The notes: generated from the sequence alone by a model not told the origin. A stretch of DNA of 64,000 nucleotides from Candidatus Moanibacter tarae (GCA_003226295.1 CP029803.1:736211-800210); one strand, 5' to 3'. Positions 18,958 through 29,666 are shown, counted from the stretch's first letter. Numbers and translations are program-made.

Positions 18958-20817
18958 GTGAAACGAATTGTGAAGAGGGAAACTGCTAGGCAGATTGATT
19001 CTCTTAAGGTGGTTTTTGAGGGCGTAAGAGATTATGTTGCCACTGAACGCGAAACTAAACCTCTACGACTTTATGTAGAATGCACTGAAGGTTTAATCTC
19101 AGGCTCCGATATCCGTGTGGTTATATCCACCTTCCATTCTCTTACCCCTGATTGGCTATTTGAGGGCGTGTCAATAGAGGACGGGGAAGGTAAGTTAGTT
19201 CTTGGGCATGGCCTTCCAGTTGCCTGGCACGAGAAGGTACAAGGTGGGGTGGCACCGGCTGGAGGCGGGCTTGTTGGTAGACCACTAGGAGAAATATTTT
19301 TATGTACCGTTCAGGTGACTCGGACTGTTTCTTCTGGCTCGCGACTTGTATTTTTATTTCATGCCAATAGTTGCAATCACGCTGATGTGGAGGGGTCCCT
19401 TCAAGTAAAAGTAAGAACGCCCGAATCCTATGACTTCGAGTTGGTCGGGGCCTCATTACTCCTAAAGAATCATCCAGGTAAGGCCTCCCGTCTTGAGGCA
19501 CGAATAACCGCTACTCCAGATAAAGAAGGGAACCATCGACTTGTTGTCTTTGCCACTGATGACAATTTAAATCCAATTTCAGATTTCCAAGGGGATCTTA
19601 CTATAAATTCTAACAACCCAGTATCGAGTTTGCCTTCAGCTATCGTAACTGGAAACGACGGACGTGCGGTAGTTGAGGGAATTAAAGTCGATGGGGCTAA
19701 GCCTGTCCGTATAACGGTTAAAGAACAAAAGAGTGGCATGAAAGCTAAAACAGGGCCCGTGTCGACCTCTCTCGGCACTAACCGCAAACATTTTTTCGGA
19801 GCAATGCATTTTCATACTCGTCTTTCGGTAGACGGCGACCGAGATCCTCGGGCCGCCTACGCGTATGCACGGGATTATCTCAATCTTGATGTCGTCGCTA
19901 TGACCGATCATGCCCCAATCGGTCCCGCTTGGGACGAATGTCTCGCAACCAATGAAGAGTTCTACGAACCGGGACGGTTTGTAACCATTCCCGCTTGGGA
20001 GAGTTCAAATGCATATGGACATGCGAATATTTATTTAAGAGCGCCTGATTCTGAGGGTGGAACTTGGTTGTGGAATCCAGATGTGTGTCCTTCGGATGTT
20101 AGTTTTCCAGACGACGTTGTTGTTGTGCCTCATCACCCTAACACTGGTGAATTGATTGAGCAGGGAACTCACCGTAAGTTATTGAGTAAAGGAATCTTTT
20201 GGTCAAAATATGACTGGTCTATACGCAATCCCAGGGTGGGGTTGGTCGAAATAGTCCAGCAGCGAGGTAATTTTGAAGCCGATTCTCTCGATGATTATTG
20301 GGGAATCAATATGGGCGGGCAGAGAGCTTCTGTCCAGGATGCGTTGATACGCGGGTGGAGGCTTGGATTCGTTGCTGGTACCGACAATCACCAAGGCTAT
20401 CCAACCCAGGGGAGAGATGGACAATACGTTGGAATGACATGCTACCGCGCTTCAGAATTAACCCGAGATGCTATTTGGTGTGCCTTAGATCAACGCAGGA
20501 CCTACGCTACTTCCGGGGTGCCTATCGTTTGTGATTTCTCCGTTAATGGAAACCCATCAGGAGGTGAGGGATATCTAAGTGAGGGTAGCCCAGTCTTTTT
20601 TTCTGCTAGTATTCACGGAACGGCCTCTATCGAAAGGGTCGAGATTATGTCCATGGGAAAACTGGTTTGGCAGCTAAAACCAAATACCATTGATGTTGAG
20701 ATTGATGAAGAGGAATTACCGGCACTGAAAACAGATTGGGCATACTACTACCTTCGACTTCGTCAAGAGGATGGACATCGAGCATGGCTCAGCCCAGTCT
20801 GGTTAGAGAGACGTTGA
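18958..20817 (+). CDS. PHP-type metallohydrolase (DUF3604-like) with a ~270-aa N-terminal beta-rich extension
   Basis: GTG start. FGAMHFHTRLSVDGDRDP...VVAMTDHA, VVVPHHP and GTDNHQG are His/Asp clusters typical of PHP/DUF3604 metal sites. Confidence 0.65.
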   Translation: MKRIVKRETARQIDSLKVVFEGVRDYVATERETKPLRLYVECTEGLISGSDIRVVISTFHSLTPDWLFEGVSIEDGEGKLVLGHGLPVAWHEKVQGGVAPAGGGLVGRPLGEIFLCTVQVTRTVSSGSRLVFLFHANSCNHADVEGSLQVKVRTPESYDFELVGASLLLKNHPGKASRLEARITATPDKEGNHRLVVFATDDNLNPISDFQGDLTINSNNPVSSLPSAIVTGNDGRAVVEGIKVDGAKPVRITVKEQKSGMKAKTGPVSTSLGTNRKHFFGAMHFHTRLSVDGDRDPRAAYAYARDYLNLDVVAMTDHAPIGPAWDECLATNEEFYEPGRFVTIPAWESSNAYGHANIYLRAPDSEGGTWLWNPDVCPSDVSFPDDVVVVPHHPNTGELIEQGTHRKLLSKGIFWSKYDWSIRNPRVGLVEIVQQRGNFEADSLDDYWGINMGGQRASVQDALIRGWRLGFVAGTDNHQGYPTQGRDGQYVGMTCYRASELTRDAIWCALDQRRTYATSGVPIVCDFSVNGNPSGGEGYLSEGSPVFFSASIHGTASIERVEIMSMGKLVWQLKPNTIDVEIDEEELPALKTDWAYYYLRLRQEDGHRAWLSPVWLERR

Positions 20818-21077
20818 ATTTAGGGTTTAGGACGTATTAGCTGGCTCCAGTTATTAGGTTGCTATGTGGTATTTGTCATCTCCAGGAGCTGGGTCTATTC
20901 TGAAGCAAGGCAAAAAACAGGCCAGGTAATCGTAAACTTGAACACAAGCCTAGACGAGAGGGGCATGAGAATGCATATACCGAGATTACTGTTTGTAGAG
21001 AGGGCAACCTTTGGCGGTACGGAAGTTCTTAGTCAGTGTTGACTGAAACCTAAAAAAGGTAGATCTTCCGGTCCATA

Positions 21078-21599
21078 ATGTCTTTTAGAGTTAAGAAACG
21101 GGGCCGTTTGACCTATTACTACACCGGAGATGCTCCGGTTCTTTCTAATCTTGTAACCGAGGAACTTGGAGGTGGTGACCTGAAAATTCACTTTGCTGGC
21201 CTTACAGGTGGCTACTCAGCCAAGAGTGTTCTGAATCGTCAGGAGCTTGTTACAATGGAGCCTGAGATAGAGGTCGAACTGGTTTTCCGTTCCTGGGAGA
21301 AGTGGTTGCAAGATGCCAAGATTTGTGACTCCATTGGCAAGATTGACTTCGTTGAATTACACGCTTTCGCTTCACAGCCAAAAGCCCCGGATCCCCGACT
21401 TGATCCGGCTGGGTTCTTGAACGAGCAGAAACGTCTATATCAGGCCTATGCTGATGCTTACAGCGGATTCTTTCGGAAGCACATGAGTCATACTGGGGTG
21501 CCTTCGAGATTTACTGTACATGTCGTGGATTTTCCAGATAAGGCTGCTTCTTATGAGTTCTATAGCGTCGGGTTGTATCAAATTGCGCTGCACAAGTAA
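21078..21599 (+). CDS. Hypothetical protein (173 aa)
   Basis: An ORF with no overlap and non-repetitive composition. No motif recognised. Confidence 0.45.
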   Translation: MSFRVKKRGRLTYYYTGDAPVLSNLVTEELGGGDLKIHFAGLTGGYSAKSVLNRQELVTMEPEIEVELVFRSWEKWLQDAKICDSIGKIDFVELHAFASQPKAPDPRLDPAGFLNEQKRLYQAYADAYSGFFRKHMSHTGVPSRFTVHVVDFPDKAASYEFYSVGLYQIALHK

Positions 21600-21697
21600 C
21601 ATATAATTTCCCAACCTTGATACCTTGTCGCTTCCTTTTGATTCCATCGGTTTTATCAATTCAAGTAGGATAAGGATTGCTGGCTCTTTTCGCTGTT

Positions 21698-21722
21698 AAA
21701 AACCCCCCCCGGGGTTGGTTTT
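21698..21722 (+). terminator. C8/G4-centred imperfect hairpin followed by a T-rich tract
   Basis: AAAAACCCCCCCCGGGGTTGGTTTT lies 99 nt after the 21078..21599 stop and 59 nt before the amidase ATG. Confidence 0.3.
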
Positions 21723-21780
21723 AAATTAAGGCATTCTGAGAGTGCCAAAGGTAAGTTGAAAATTGGAGGTAGGGTTTTCT

Positions 21781-23166
21781 ATGAATGATTTTCTTTCTTT
21801 ATCAGCTGTGGATCAGGCTGCTGCCATAAAGAAAAAGTCGATTTCAGTGGTAGAGGTGGTTCAGGTTCATCTTGATCGCATTTCAGAAGTGAACCCAGCT
21901 CTTAATGCCGTGGTCCAGTTGCGAGCTGAGGGAGCTTTGGCTGATGCTCGTGCTGCTGATACCACACTTGCCCGTGGCGATGAAACTGGGCCTTTGCACG
22001 GTGTACCTATGACGATCAAGGATTCGATCGATACTGCCGATTTGATTACGGCAGCTGGTACCAAGGGACGGGAATCCTTTGTTCCGAGTAGGGACGCTTC
22101 GGTGGTGGCTCGTTTAAGAAAGGCTGGAGCAATACTTCTTGGGAAGACCAATACTCCCGAACTCACATTAAGTGCTGAGACCGACAATCTGCTGTATGGT
22201 CGAACAAATAATCCCTATGACACATCCCGTTCTACCGGTGGAAGTAGTGCTGGTCCTGCTGCAATCGTAGCTTCCTGTGGTTCCGCATTTGATTTGGGTA
22301 GTGATACCGGAGGAAGCATTCGTCAACCCGCACACTTCTGTGGAATATCTGGGCTAAAGCCAACCTCCGGCCGTGTTCCTAGTACTGGACATGTCCTCTC
22401 CTATGACTTGGGTGTATTGAGTCTTCTTACCCAGATTGGCCCCCTTGCACGGTCGGTTGAGGACATAAAACTTATTCTGCCTATCATTTCAGGAGTTGAC
22501 GGATACGATCCCAGTGTGGTTCCGATGCCTTTAGGTGATCCTGGACAGGTAGACCTTAGGAAACTTCGCGGAGTGTTTTGTATCGACAATCGAATTGTGT
22601 CACCGACTTCAGAAACTATAAAGCTGATTCAAGATAGTGTCAGTGTACTTGGAGACGTTGGGATCAACTTTGAAGAAGCTTGGCCTGATGAAGCACTTGA
22701 AGCGTCCGAGTTGTTTCACGAGCTTATTCTCGCCGATGGTGGCGTATGGGTTGAGAAAATATTAAAGGAATGTGGTACTACAGAGGTGCATCCTTTGTTG
22801 AAGGATCGTTTTATCGGGGGGGCTCCGATCTCTGTTTCCGAATACACAGCTTTACTAACACGGATTGATTGCTTTCGCAGTGGAATGCTTCGGTTTATGG
22901 AGAATTACGATTTTATTCTGTGTCCAGTAAATGCTTTTCCTGCCGCACGGCATGGAGAGATTTTCGCAAGGGGAGATGGATATACCTATACTCGGACATT
23001 CAATATGACAGGTTGGCCTGCTTCAGTGGTAAGAGCAGGAACTTCTCCTGAGGGGTTGCCTATTGGTGTTCAGGTTGCGGCGCTACCGTGGCGCGAAGAT
23101 TTAGTGTTGGCGGTTTCAGCTTTTCTAGAATCTAGATGGGGGGGGTGGAAGCATCCACCGCTTTAG
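21781..23166 (+). CDS. Amidase (amidase-signature family)
   Basis: GGSSAGPAA...GSDTGGSIRQPA signature with the Lys in MTIKDS. I prefer the ATG at 21781, which has GGAGG 10 nt upstream, over the TTG at 21763 given in the ORF track. Confidence 0.9.
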   Translation: MNDFLSLSAVDQAAAIKKKSISVVEVVQVHLDRISEVNPALNAVVQLRAEGALADARAADTTLARGDETGPLHGVPMTIKDSIDTADLITAAGTKGRESFVPSRDASVVARLRKAGAILLGKTNTPELTLSAETDNLLYGRTNNPYDTSRSTGGSSAGPAAIVASCGSAFDLGSDTGGSIRQPAHFCGISGLKPTSGRVPSTGHVLSYDLGVLSLLTQIGPLARSVEDIKLILPIISGVDGYDPSVVPMPLGDPGQVDLRKLRGVFCIDNRIVSPTSETIKLIQDSVSVLGDVGINFEEAWPDEALEASELFHELILADGGVWVEKILKECGTTEVHPLLKDRFIGGAPISVSEYTALLTRIDCFRSGMLRFMENYDFILCPVNAFPAARHGEIFARGDGYTYTRTFNMTGWPASVVRAGTSPEGLPIGVQVAALPWREDLVLAVSAFLESRWGGWKHPPL

Positions 23167-23348
23167 TAAGAACAGAGACTATTGAGAAAACCTATGATGT
23201 TCTTTTCTATAGAGCTTGCTAATATTTCTACATAGCTTGTAAATTATTTATCACACAAATGGGTTAGATCGAGGTCGGAAGATTGGATTAATCGGTTTAT
23301 TCTCCAAATATTTCGGGAATGTTGCTTGTCGTTGGGAAATAGTCTGAC

Positions 23349-24152
23349 ATGAATGATAGCGAATTCACGATCCACACTGAGAACGTCCTTCGGAATGGTT
23401 ACACTGTGATCCCGGGCATGCTTACTTCAGAGGAATGTGATATTGCTACTCATGAATTAAACCGACTCTTAAAGAGTAAAGAACCAGGTAATTTCGAGTG
23501 TGTTTTCAATAAGGCTCAAATTTTTGAACGGTCCTACCAGATTCCGGAACTGCTCCGAGTTGTGAGACATTTTTTGGGAGAGGATGCCGTTCTTTGTGCG
23601 GTTCATGGTTCGGTTATTGAACCTGGGGGTGGGATTGCTGGTTTGCATGCTGATGGCGATGTTACCGGTCATTTACGGCTGAGGTCACAAGCGCCGATTG
23701 ATCGCGATAAGCGAATTACAAGTCATGCTATGAGTATAAATACGATCTTTTGTATCAGTGATTTCACTAAAAGGAATGGGGCTACTCATCTTGTGCCGGG
23801 AAGCCACCTTATTGAATCTCTCAGCATTCCTGATGATGCTGTTGAAAAGACTCACATCATTGAAGCAGAACGCGGATCAGTATTGCTCTTTCATTGTAAC
23901 ATTTGGCACGGAACATCGGAGAATAGAAGTTCACAGAACCGGTATGCTATGATCGCGCCGTGGCGCCGTAATTGGTCGAAAGGTCCCTACGAGCTCTGCC
24001 GGATGGTTAGGTCTGATGTACTAGAACGGGCTGGAGAAGAAGGAAGACGAATATTCGGATTCGATTCACTCCAGCCCTACCTTGAGAAATGGCAATGGGA
24101 TCGAGAAAGAGGGGAACCTAAGACTGAATTTTTAGGATTGAAGCGGGATTGA
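23349..24152 (+). CDS. PhyH family Fe(II)/2-oxoglutarate dioxygenase
   Basis: LRNGYTVIPG N-terminal motif, GLHADGD (HxD) and NIWHGTSEN (distal His). Confidence 0.8.
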   Translation: MNDSEFTIHTENVLRNGYTVIPGMLTSEECDIATHELNRLLKSKEPGNFECVFNKAQIFERSYQIPELLRVVRHFLGEDAVLCAVHGSVIEPGGGIAGLHADGDVTGHLRLRSQAPIDRDKRITSHAMSINTIFCISDFTKRNGATHLVPGSHLIESLSIPDDAVEKTHIIEAERGSVLLFHCNIWHGTSENRSSQNRYAMIAPWRRNWSKGPYELCRMVRSDVLERAGEEGRRIFGFDSLQPYLEKWQWDRERGEPKTEFLGLKRD

Positions 24153-24190
24153 TCGAATAGGCAGCCTGCATTTCCTTTTTGCTGGATTTT

Positions 24191-25408
24191 CTAGATTTTC
24201 CTTAAAAATGCCGTCAGAGGGAGGATTAGCAACATTGCCCCTCCGGCCGTATAAAATGCAATATCCAGGCCCCATTTATCTCCAGTAAGTCCGAAAATGA
24301 TGGGGGCAAAGGCTGAAGCAATAAAATTGAGCGTGTAATACATGGCGTACCCACGGCTGCGTCGTGTTGGAGTAAAAATCGGAACTAGTCCTATATAAAG
24401 CACCGATGATGTACCGTTAAGAACAAAGCCAAAAAGGGGTAGGAAAATGAACAATGCTTGATTATTACCAATATGAGGCAAAGCCAAACACCCTAGAATC
24501 ATAAGTGTCTCTGTCAGGATTATAAGGCGTGCGGCCCCTAGTTTTCGCATAGGCATGCCACAAATAAGCTTGCCCATTGCCCCTCCCAAAAAGGTTAGTG
24601 ATATACACCATCCTACGTTTGTTTCCGTGATTCCATCTCGAATCAACAGGAATCCGAGGAACGCCATAACCGCTGATCTAATTCCGGTGTCCAGGGAACC
24701 AATCAAAGCATAGAGACCAAATTGTCCAGGGTGGGCAATACCCCATTTCTGGAGGCGATGGCCGAGCCCCAAACCTCCCTGGGGAGGAATTCCAGGTTTA
24801 TCGTCTTGTTTTCTGCCTCGAAGTTTCTGAATTTTTATATCTTTTCCAAAGGAGATGAGGTAGATAATTCCTACTGCTATCCCGGCGCAGCCAAGAAGGC
24901 CACAACTGCCGCGCCATCCAACGAATCCGATCATGATCCCGGTTGCCGCGGGGAATACAACTTTTCCTACATCGCCAAAGAAGTTTAATGTTCCGATCGC
25001 CTTACCCGATTTTTCTCCTGTAAAGGTGTCAGCTATGAGACCCGTGCCGACAGGATGGTACACCCCTCCCCCAATACCGGCTCCAAATACGGCAAGCAAT
25101 GCTATTGGAAAAGAGAATGCAACAAGAAGAGCAGCATAGCCTAGGCCAAAGATGATAGTCCCCGACCCAAGTAGGAGAATTGCTCCAAGACGTTCGGCTA
25201 GAAATCCAGCCGGAAGTTGTGCTACACAGATCGCACCGTAGTGAATGGTCTTTAACAGGCCAGATGCGGTATAATCGAGCCCAAGATCAACTGCGATAAA
25301 AGGGAGGAGTAGGGAGAGACTGGCGACATAACCGTCGTTGACAATGTGGTGTAAGTTACACCACCAGAGATGCTTCCTGGAATTATCGGATGATGAATTC
25401 TTCATCAT
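24191..25408 (-). CDS. MFS transporter
   Basis: 405 aa with about 12 hydrophobic segments. GFLAERLGA loop motif. Confidence 0.85.
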   Translation of the reverse strand: MMKNSSSDNSRKHLWWCNLHHIVNDGYVASLSLLLPFIAVDLGLDYTASGLLKTIHYGAICVAQLPAGFLAERLGAILLLGSGTIIFGLGYAALLVAFSFPIALLAVFGAGIGGGVYHPVGTGLIADTFTGEKSGKAIGTLNFFGDVGKVVFPAATGIMIGFVGWRGSCGLLGCAGIAVGIIYLISFGKDIKIQKLRGRKQDDKPGIPPQGGLGLGHRLQKWGIAHPGQFGLYALIGSLDTGIRSAVMAFLGFLLIRDGITETNVGWCISLTFLGGAMGKLICGMPMRKLGAARLIILTETLMILGCLALPHIGNNQALFIFLPLFGFVLNGTSSVLYIGLVPIFTPTRRSRGYAMYYTLNFIASAFAPIIFGLTGDKWGLDIAFYTAGGAMLLILPLTAFLRKI

Positions 25409-25450
25409 TGTTTGAGATCCTGAAGCAATCTTCGAAGGCCTATCTTCTGT

Positions 25451-25469
25451 AAACCATGGGGGATGGTTT
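25451..25469 (-). promoter_or_regulatory. 5'-leader hairpin (7-bp stem AAACCAT/ATGGTTT, GGGGG loop) 43 nt upstream of the MFS transporter start
   Basis: Read directly from the sequence. A 7-bp stem is not statistically compelling on its own. Confidence 0.2.
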
Positions 25470-25977
25470 CGCGATTACAATCAACAGGATTGAGCCAGTA
25501 AAAAAAATTAGTAGATGATTGGATACAGAATGCTGAATAGAAATTCAAGTGTTCTAGATTACCCAGTTACATCTAGATTTCAATGTTCACTTGTTATAGG
25601 TCCCGCTTGCTGAGAAAGAAAATGGATACTCCGGACCTGAAAGAATTTAACCGAAGCTACTACCTCGATACTTTGATTTTAAAGAGTTGTACATAAGAGC
25701 TTCAATTAAATAAAATTCAGGCTTCATAAGGAATTTATGGATCGCTTATTAAATCCTAGACATTGACTGATATATGCTTCTTTAGTTTGATATTTGTTTT
25801 CGATCCATTCGGTATTGTCATTGTGTAAATTGATGGTAAAATTACTTCCGTAATATTTGTGACTGATCTGAGAAATTTCGTTTCTTCTGACAGGTGTTTG
25901 AAGTAGAGGCAAACCTTCGGACAGTTTTGGTGATTGGAGATATACCGGGTTTTGGATGGTGAGTCCTAGGGGATCTA

Positions 25978-27198
25978 ATGGTGTCTATCGAACGCGATAA
26001 ATTTCTCAAAGAGGGCTACTTGATTGTTAAGGGAGTCATTCCGTATAATAGACTCGAATTCGTCAAAAAGGCATACGAATCGCTCGTCGATCGGCAGAGG
26101 AAAATCTGGAAGGAACAGCGTAAAGATGGGGATCCTTCTGGTGGGGAATGGGAAACTAGTCCCCAACCGCGCTTACTCTTGCAGCGGCCGCCATTAGGTC
26201 GTCAGATTGGTCCGGAAGAGGCCCCCGCTGTTAATGTTTGGTTGGAAGAGAAGATCCGCGGAATCAGTATTGAACTTCTTAAAGAGCCTAGGGCGGCTGT
26301 TACTGAAATGATGATGATGTGTAGTCCCGTAAGGGACTACGGTCCGGCACCGTGGCATCGCGATATTCATCCTATCGATACTGCTCCCCTTCAGGGCTAC
26401 ATAGACGATATTATTGAGGGTGGTCCACGCTACATTCAATGGAACATTCCTCTCTATGATGATAGTGTTTTGTGGGTTGTTCCCGGCAGTCATTTAAGGA
26501 CAAACACAGTAGAAGAGAATGTAAGTCTTTTGAATGATCCTCGTCGACCCTTGCCTGGAGGAGTGCAGACATTTCTCGAGGCAGGTGACGGCGTTGTCTA
26601 CATTACTCCGATCCTGCATTGGGGCAGCAATTACAGTTCAAAATTTCGTCGAACTATTCATGGAGGTTTTTCTGCTTATCATTGTTTTCCTGATCTCTCA
26701 TTTATCGAACACCTCGACTCCGAATCCAAACATGTCTTCGACCATTGGAATCGGCAATCTGACGATATGAAGGCGCATACGGAATCAGCGTTGCGGGCCG
26801 TAATTGACGCGAACGGAGCCGCATACAACAAAGCCTTAGAAAGGCTTCATCCGAAACGGGGTGAAAAGGGTAAGCTTCTAACCACTGTGTTCCTATCCAA
26901 AGCTGCTCTTTCAATACGACTCGGAAAAGATCCTCCCTATCCTAGTATTTCAGAAGATCTTTTGAACTGCGTCCGGAACCCTCACTACACAACTCTTAAC
27001 TGGGGGCCTGAATTTTCTAATCGATTTTCAAAATCGGAAGCTGAATTACTTTGGCATCGCTTCAAGCCTCTCGATACTTTGCTTCAAACGGATAAAGAAC
27101 AGTTTCAGCCAGGTTTTCAATCTGGGCCTATGAAGTATTACTTCAATGATATGCCGTCAAATTACACCACAACAAAATTTATCGCGAGTTGGTCCTGA
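25978..27198 (+). CDS. PhyH-like Fe(II)/2-oxoglutarate dioxygenase with a ~130-aa C-terminal extension
   Basis: FLKEGYLIVKGVIP N-terminal motif, PWHRDIHP (HxD) and ILHWGSNY (distal His). 406 aa. Confidence 0.7.
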   Translation: MVSIERDKFLKEGYLIVKGVIPYNRLEFVKKAYESLVDRQRKIWKEQRKDGDPSGGEWETSPQPRLLLQRPPLGRQIGPEEAPAVNVWLEEKIRGISIELLKEPRAAVTEMMMMCSPVRDYGPAPWHRDIHPIDTAPLQGYIDDIIEGGPRYIQWNIPLYDDSVLWVVPGSHLRTNTVEENVSLLNDPRRPLPGGVQTFLEAGDGVVYITPILHWGSNYSSKFRRTIHGGFSAYHCFPDLSFIEHLDSESKHVFDHWNRQSDDMKAHTESALRAVIDANGAAYNKALERLHPKRGEKGKLLTTVFLSKAALSIRLGKDPPYPSISEDLLNCVRNPHYTTLNWGPEFSNRFSKSEAELLWHRFKPLDTLLQTDKEQFQPGFQSGPMKYYFNDMPSNYTTTKFIASWS

Positions 27199-27383
27199 AT
27201 AACGGGATATTCTCTATTAACAAGTATAGTGGGATAAAATGCTAGTATGCAAATTTCGTCTCCACTTTTAGCAATCTTCAGATATTCTAGATATTAGCCA
27301 TTGAGGTGACTGTCGTTTCGATGCAGAGGTGTTAGCTTTTGAAATGTCTTTTTCAAGTTATGAAAGCGGTTTTTCCTTTAGAG

Positions 27384-28478
27384 TCAGTTAATCACGATTT
27401 TCTCATTTGATTTTGCACTATCATAGAGTGCATCAAGTATCCGCATAAAGGTATAGGCTTCCTCAGCATTTACTTCTGGCAATACTTCTCCAGCAATAGC
27501 CATTGCGAAATGTTCAATCTCGTAATAGAAGGGCGAAGCTCCAGCCGGGGCGGTAGTGTGAGGGATGTCATATTCCTCAGTAATCTCCTCACGTTCGTAG
27601 CCGTTTTCGGTTAGTCTAAAAATCGCTTGGTTAGGTTTTTCGTCGGCATTTTGGTTGATGAGACCACAACGTTCGTTTCCTGCAACTGCTCCTTCTTCCC
27701 CGTGCAATTCACAGATTCGGGGCGAGTCGGAGTGGGAAGAGTTTGTTACGTCAATCTGAATGGTTGCTCCCTCGGCGAAACCAATAATGCCGCTAAAGTA
27801 ATCTTCCGATGGGCCTTCCGGCCCATTATAAATTGGGTGAATATTATGTTTGGTGGCGAACGCCCATTCTGGAGCCGGGGAACCCATCCACCACCAGAGA
27901 AGATTGAGGTCGTGAGACATATGTTGCGCTAGTACGCCTCCTTTCATGCCGTAAATCAGAAGCCATCGGTCAGCATCAGCGTGTGAATGAACCGGGCGGG
28001 CATTTTTACTGAAGTAACGGCCATGATACGGCCGACCAATCTTACCTGATTTTATTGCCGCTCGCACGGAACGGTTTTGTGGATAGTGCCTCAGGTAATA
28101 AGAGAATTGGATTACCTTTTTGGCACGTTGGGCTGCGGCTTCCATCTTGAGGATTTCTGGTGCTCTAATAGCATGTGGTTTTTGAACCATCACGTGCTTG
28201 CCGGCCGAAAGGCTGTCAATTACCATTTTTAGCCGTATATTAGGTGGTACACCGAGATAGACGGCTTCGATTGTTTTATCTTCGAGAAGCTCTCGATAGT
28301 CGTGATAAGCCTTCGGAATTGAGAATTCGTCAATTACAGGTTGAAGGCGATCTGTATTGAGGTCTGCCATTGCTACTGAATTAATTCGAGAGGGTAGTTG
28401 CGAGGCGGAGAGGGCTGCTTGGCGGCCAGTAAACCCGGCACCAATGATTCCAAGACGGATGGGATGGAAGTTACGCAT
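27384..28478 (-). CDS. Gfo/Idh/MocA family oxidoreductase
   Basis: IRLGIIGAGFTGRQ Rossmann motif and VQKP motif. Confidence 0.85.
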   Translation of the reverse strand: MRNFHPIRLGIIGAGFTGRQAALSASQLPSRINSVAMADLNTDRLQPVIDEFSIPKAYHDYRELLEDKTIEAVYLGVPPNIRLKMVIDSLSAGKHVMVQKPHAIRAPEILKMEAAAQRAKKVIQFSYYLRHYPQNRSVRAAIKSGKIGRPYHGRYFSKNARPVHSHADADRWLLIYGMKGGVLAQHMSHDLNLLWWWMGSPAPEWAFATKHNIHPIYNGPEGPSEDYFSGIIGFAEGATIQIDVTNSSHSDSPRICELHGEEGAVAGNERCGLINQNADEKPNQAIFRLTENGYEREEITEEYDIPHTTAPAGASPFYYEIEHFAMAIAGEVLPEVNAEEAYTFMRILDALYDSAKSNEKIVIN

Positions 28479-28700
28479 GTCGAAATTTTAGTTTTGTACG
28501 GTATATTTTGTGCATGTAGGCTACATCATTCCGGTTTTTCTGATCACGAGAATAGTTGATTAAAGAAACTGGGTGTAATCAATCATGCCCTGGTCGAAGA
28601 AATTAAAACGTTCCGAAAGTGTCTGGAAGGTTATCCTCTAGACAGATACTGTTTCTTCAGCCTATGGGTATAGGTATTACTTGCCGAGAGATGCACTGTT

Positions 28701-29627
28701 TCACTTAACCGGTCCGAAGTGAGTGCTCCACTTGTCTGAAAGAATGCGTCCCGTGGATATCAAATGATCTCGTTCCCCTTTGGATATTGGTTGGAAACGT
28801 CGAACCCATTCGATGTTTTGCAATAGTTCTGTTTCTCTGTAAACTCCGATTACAGCAGTAGTTATTCCGGTCAAACTCAGGGCATATCGTAGGGCGAGTT
28901 CGTGCTCTGAATTTCCCGCCGATTCCATCGCCGATATGCGTCCATCCTCTCCTTTAGAGAATCGATATTCCATTTTTTCGGCACCCCCGTAGACCTTCAT
29001 CGCGGCAACGCCAACGTTTTGTTTGCGTGCAAGATCTAGGACCTTTCCTTGGAAGTTGTAGGTGTGCAAGTCGCCTGGATTTAGTGCTACCATAATGACA
29101 TCGATTTGAGCTTTCTTCAGAATTTCTTCTACTTTCCATGGTCGGTTGTGTGCCGTGATACCGATAAAGCGCGTCCAACCTCGTTTTTGTGCTTCACGCA
29201 AACCTTCAAGTGCACCTTCAGGGCCAAGTAATTTTTCAACATTACGTTCTCCCATGTGATGAACGTAAACTAGATCCGCGTGGTCGGTCTGTAGGTCCCG
29301 AAGACTAGTTTCAAGAATCTTCAGTGCCTCTTTCTTTGTATCAACCTGTGTTTTTGTGGCGAGGAAGACCTCGTTGCGTCGGCATCGCATAATTTCACTC
29401 AGCTGACGATGGGCGTTGCCGTAACTAGGAGCGGTGTCGATATAGGTAACGCCTAAATCGATGGCACGATTGTAAAGCGAGGTTGCATCATTATCCGCCA
29501 TTCCGATACCGCCAGGACCGGTTCCTAAGCCTAGCATCGGGACTGACTCCCCTGTCTTGCCCAAAATACGATGGGGTAGGTATCTGGTTGTTAAGTCCTT
29601 GAGTGGTTCAATTACACCTGTGGCCAT
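28701..29627 (-). CDS. Aldo/keto reductase
   Basis: LGLGTG..., IDTAPSYG (Asp/Tyr), LATK (Lys), YVHH (His) and GITAHN motifs. Confidence 0.9.
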   Translation of the reverse strand: MATGVIEPLKDLTTRYLPHRILGKTGESVPMLGLGTGPGGIGMADNDATSLYNRAIDLGVTYIDTAPSYGNAHRQLSEIMRCRRNEVFLATKTQVDTKKEALKILETSLRDLQTDHADLVYVHHMGERNVEKLLGPEGALEGLREAQKRGWTRFIGITAHNRPWKVEEILKKAQIDVIMVALNPGDLHTYNFQGKVLDLARKQNVGVAAMKVYGGAEKMEYRFSKGEDGRISAMESAGNSEHELALRYALSLTGITTAVIGVYRETELLQNIEWVRRFQPISKGERDHLISTGRILSDKWSTHFGPVK

Positions 29628-29643
29628 GCCTTCTAATCTGGAA

Positions 29644-29666
29644 GAACTCGCTGTAAAAGCGAGTTC
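29644..29666 (-). promoter_or_regulatory. 5'-leader hairpin (8-bp perfect stem GAACTCGC/GCGAGTTC, 7-nt loop) immediately upstream of the aldo/keto reductase Shine-Dalgarno sequence
   Basis: The minus-strand mRNA would read hairpin-TTCCAGATTAGAAGGC-ATG. Confidence 0.3.

Noticed and set aside
21703-21714. The C8 G4 homopolymer junction considered as a slipped-strand phase-variation switch.
   Set aside because: It is intergenic, about 100 nt after one gene and about 60 nt before the next. It does not overlap a recognisable promoter spacer or coding frame. It is more simply read as part of a weak terminator hairpin.
25724-25912. A 62-aa ORF in the 569-nt divergent spacer between the MFS gene and a PhyH gene.
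   Set aside because: It has a TTG start, no ribosome-binding site, AT-rich Asn/Ile/Lys-biased composition and no motif. It is most likely a chance ORF in AT-rich DNA.
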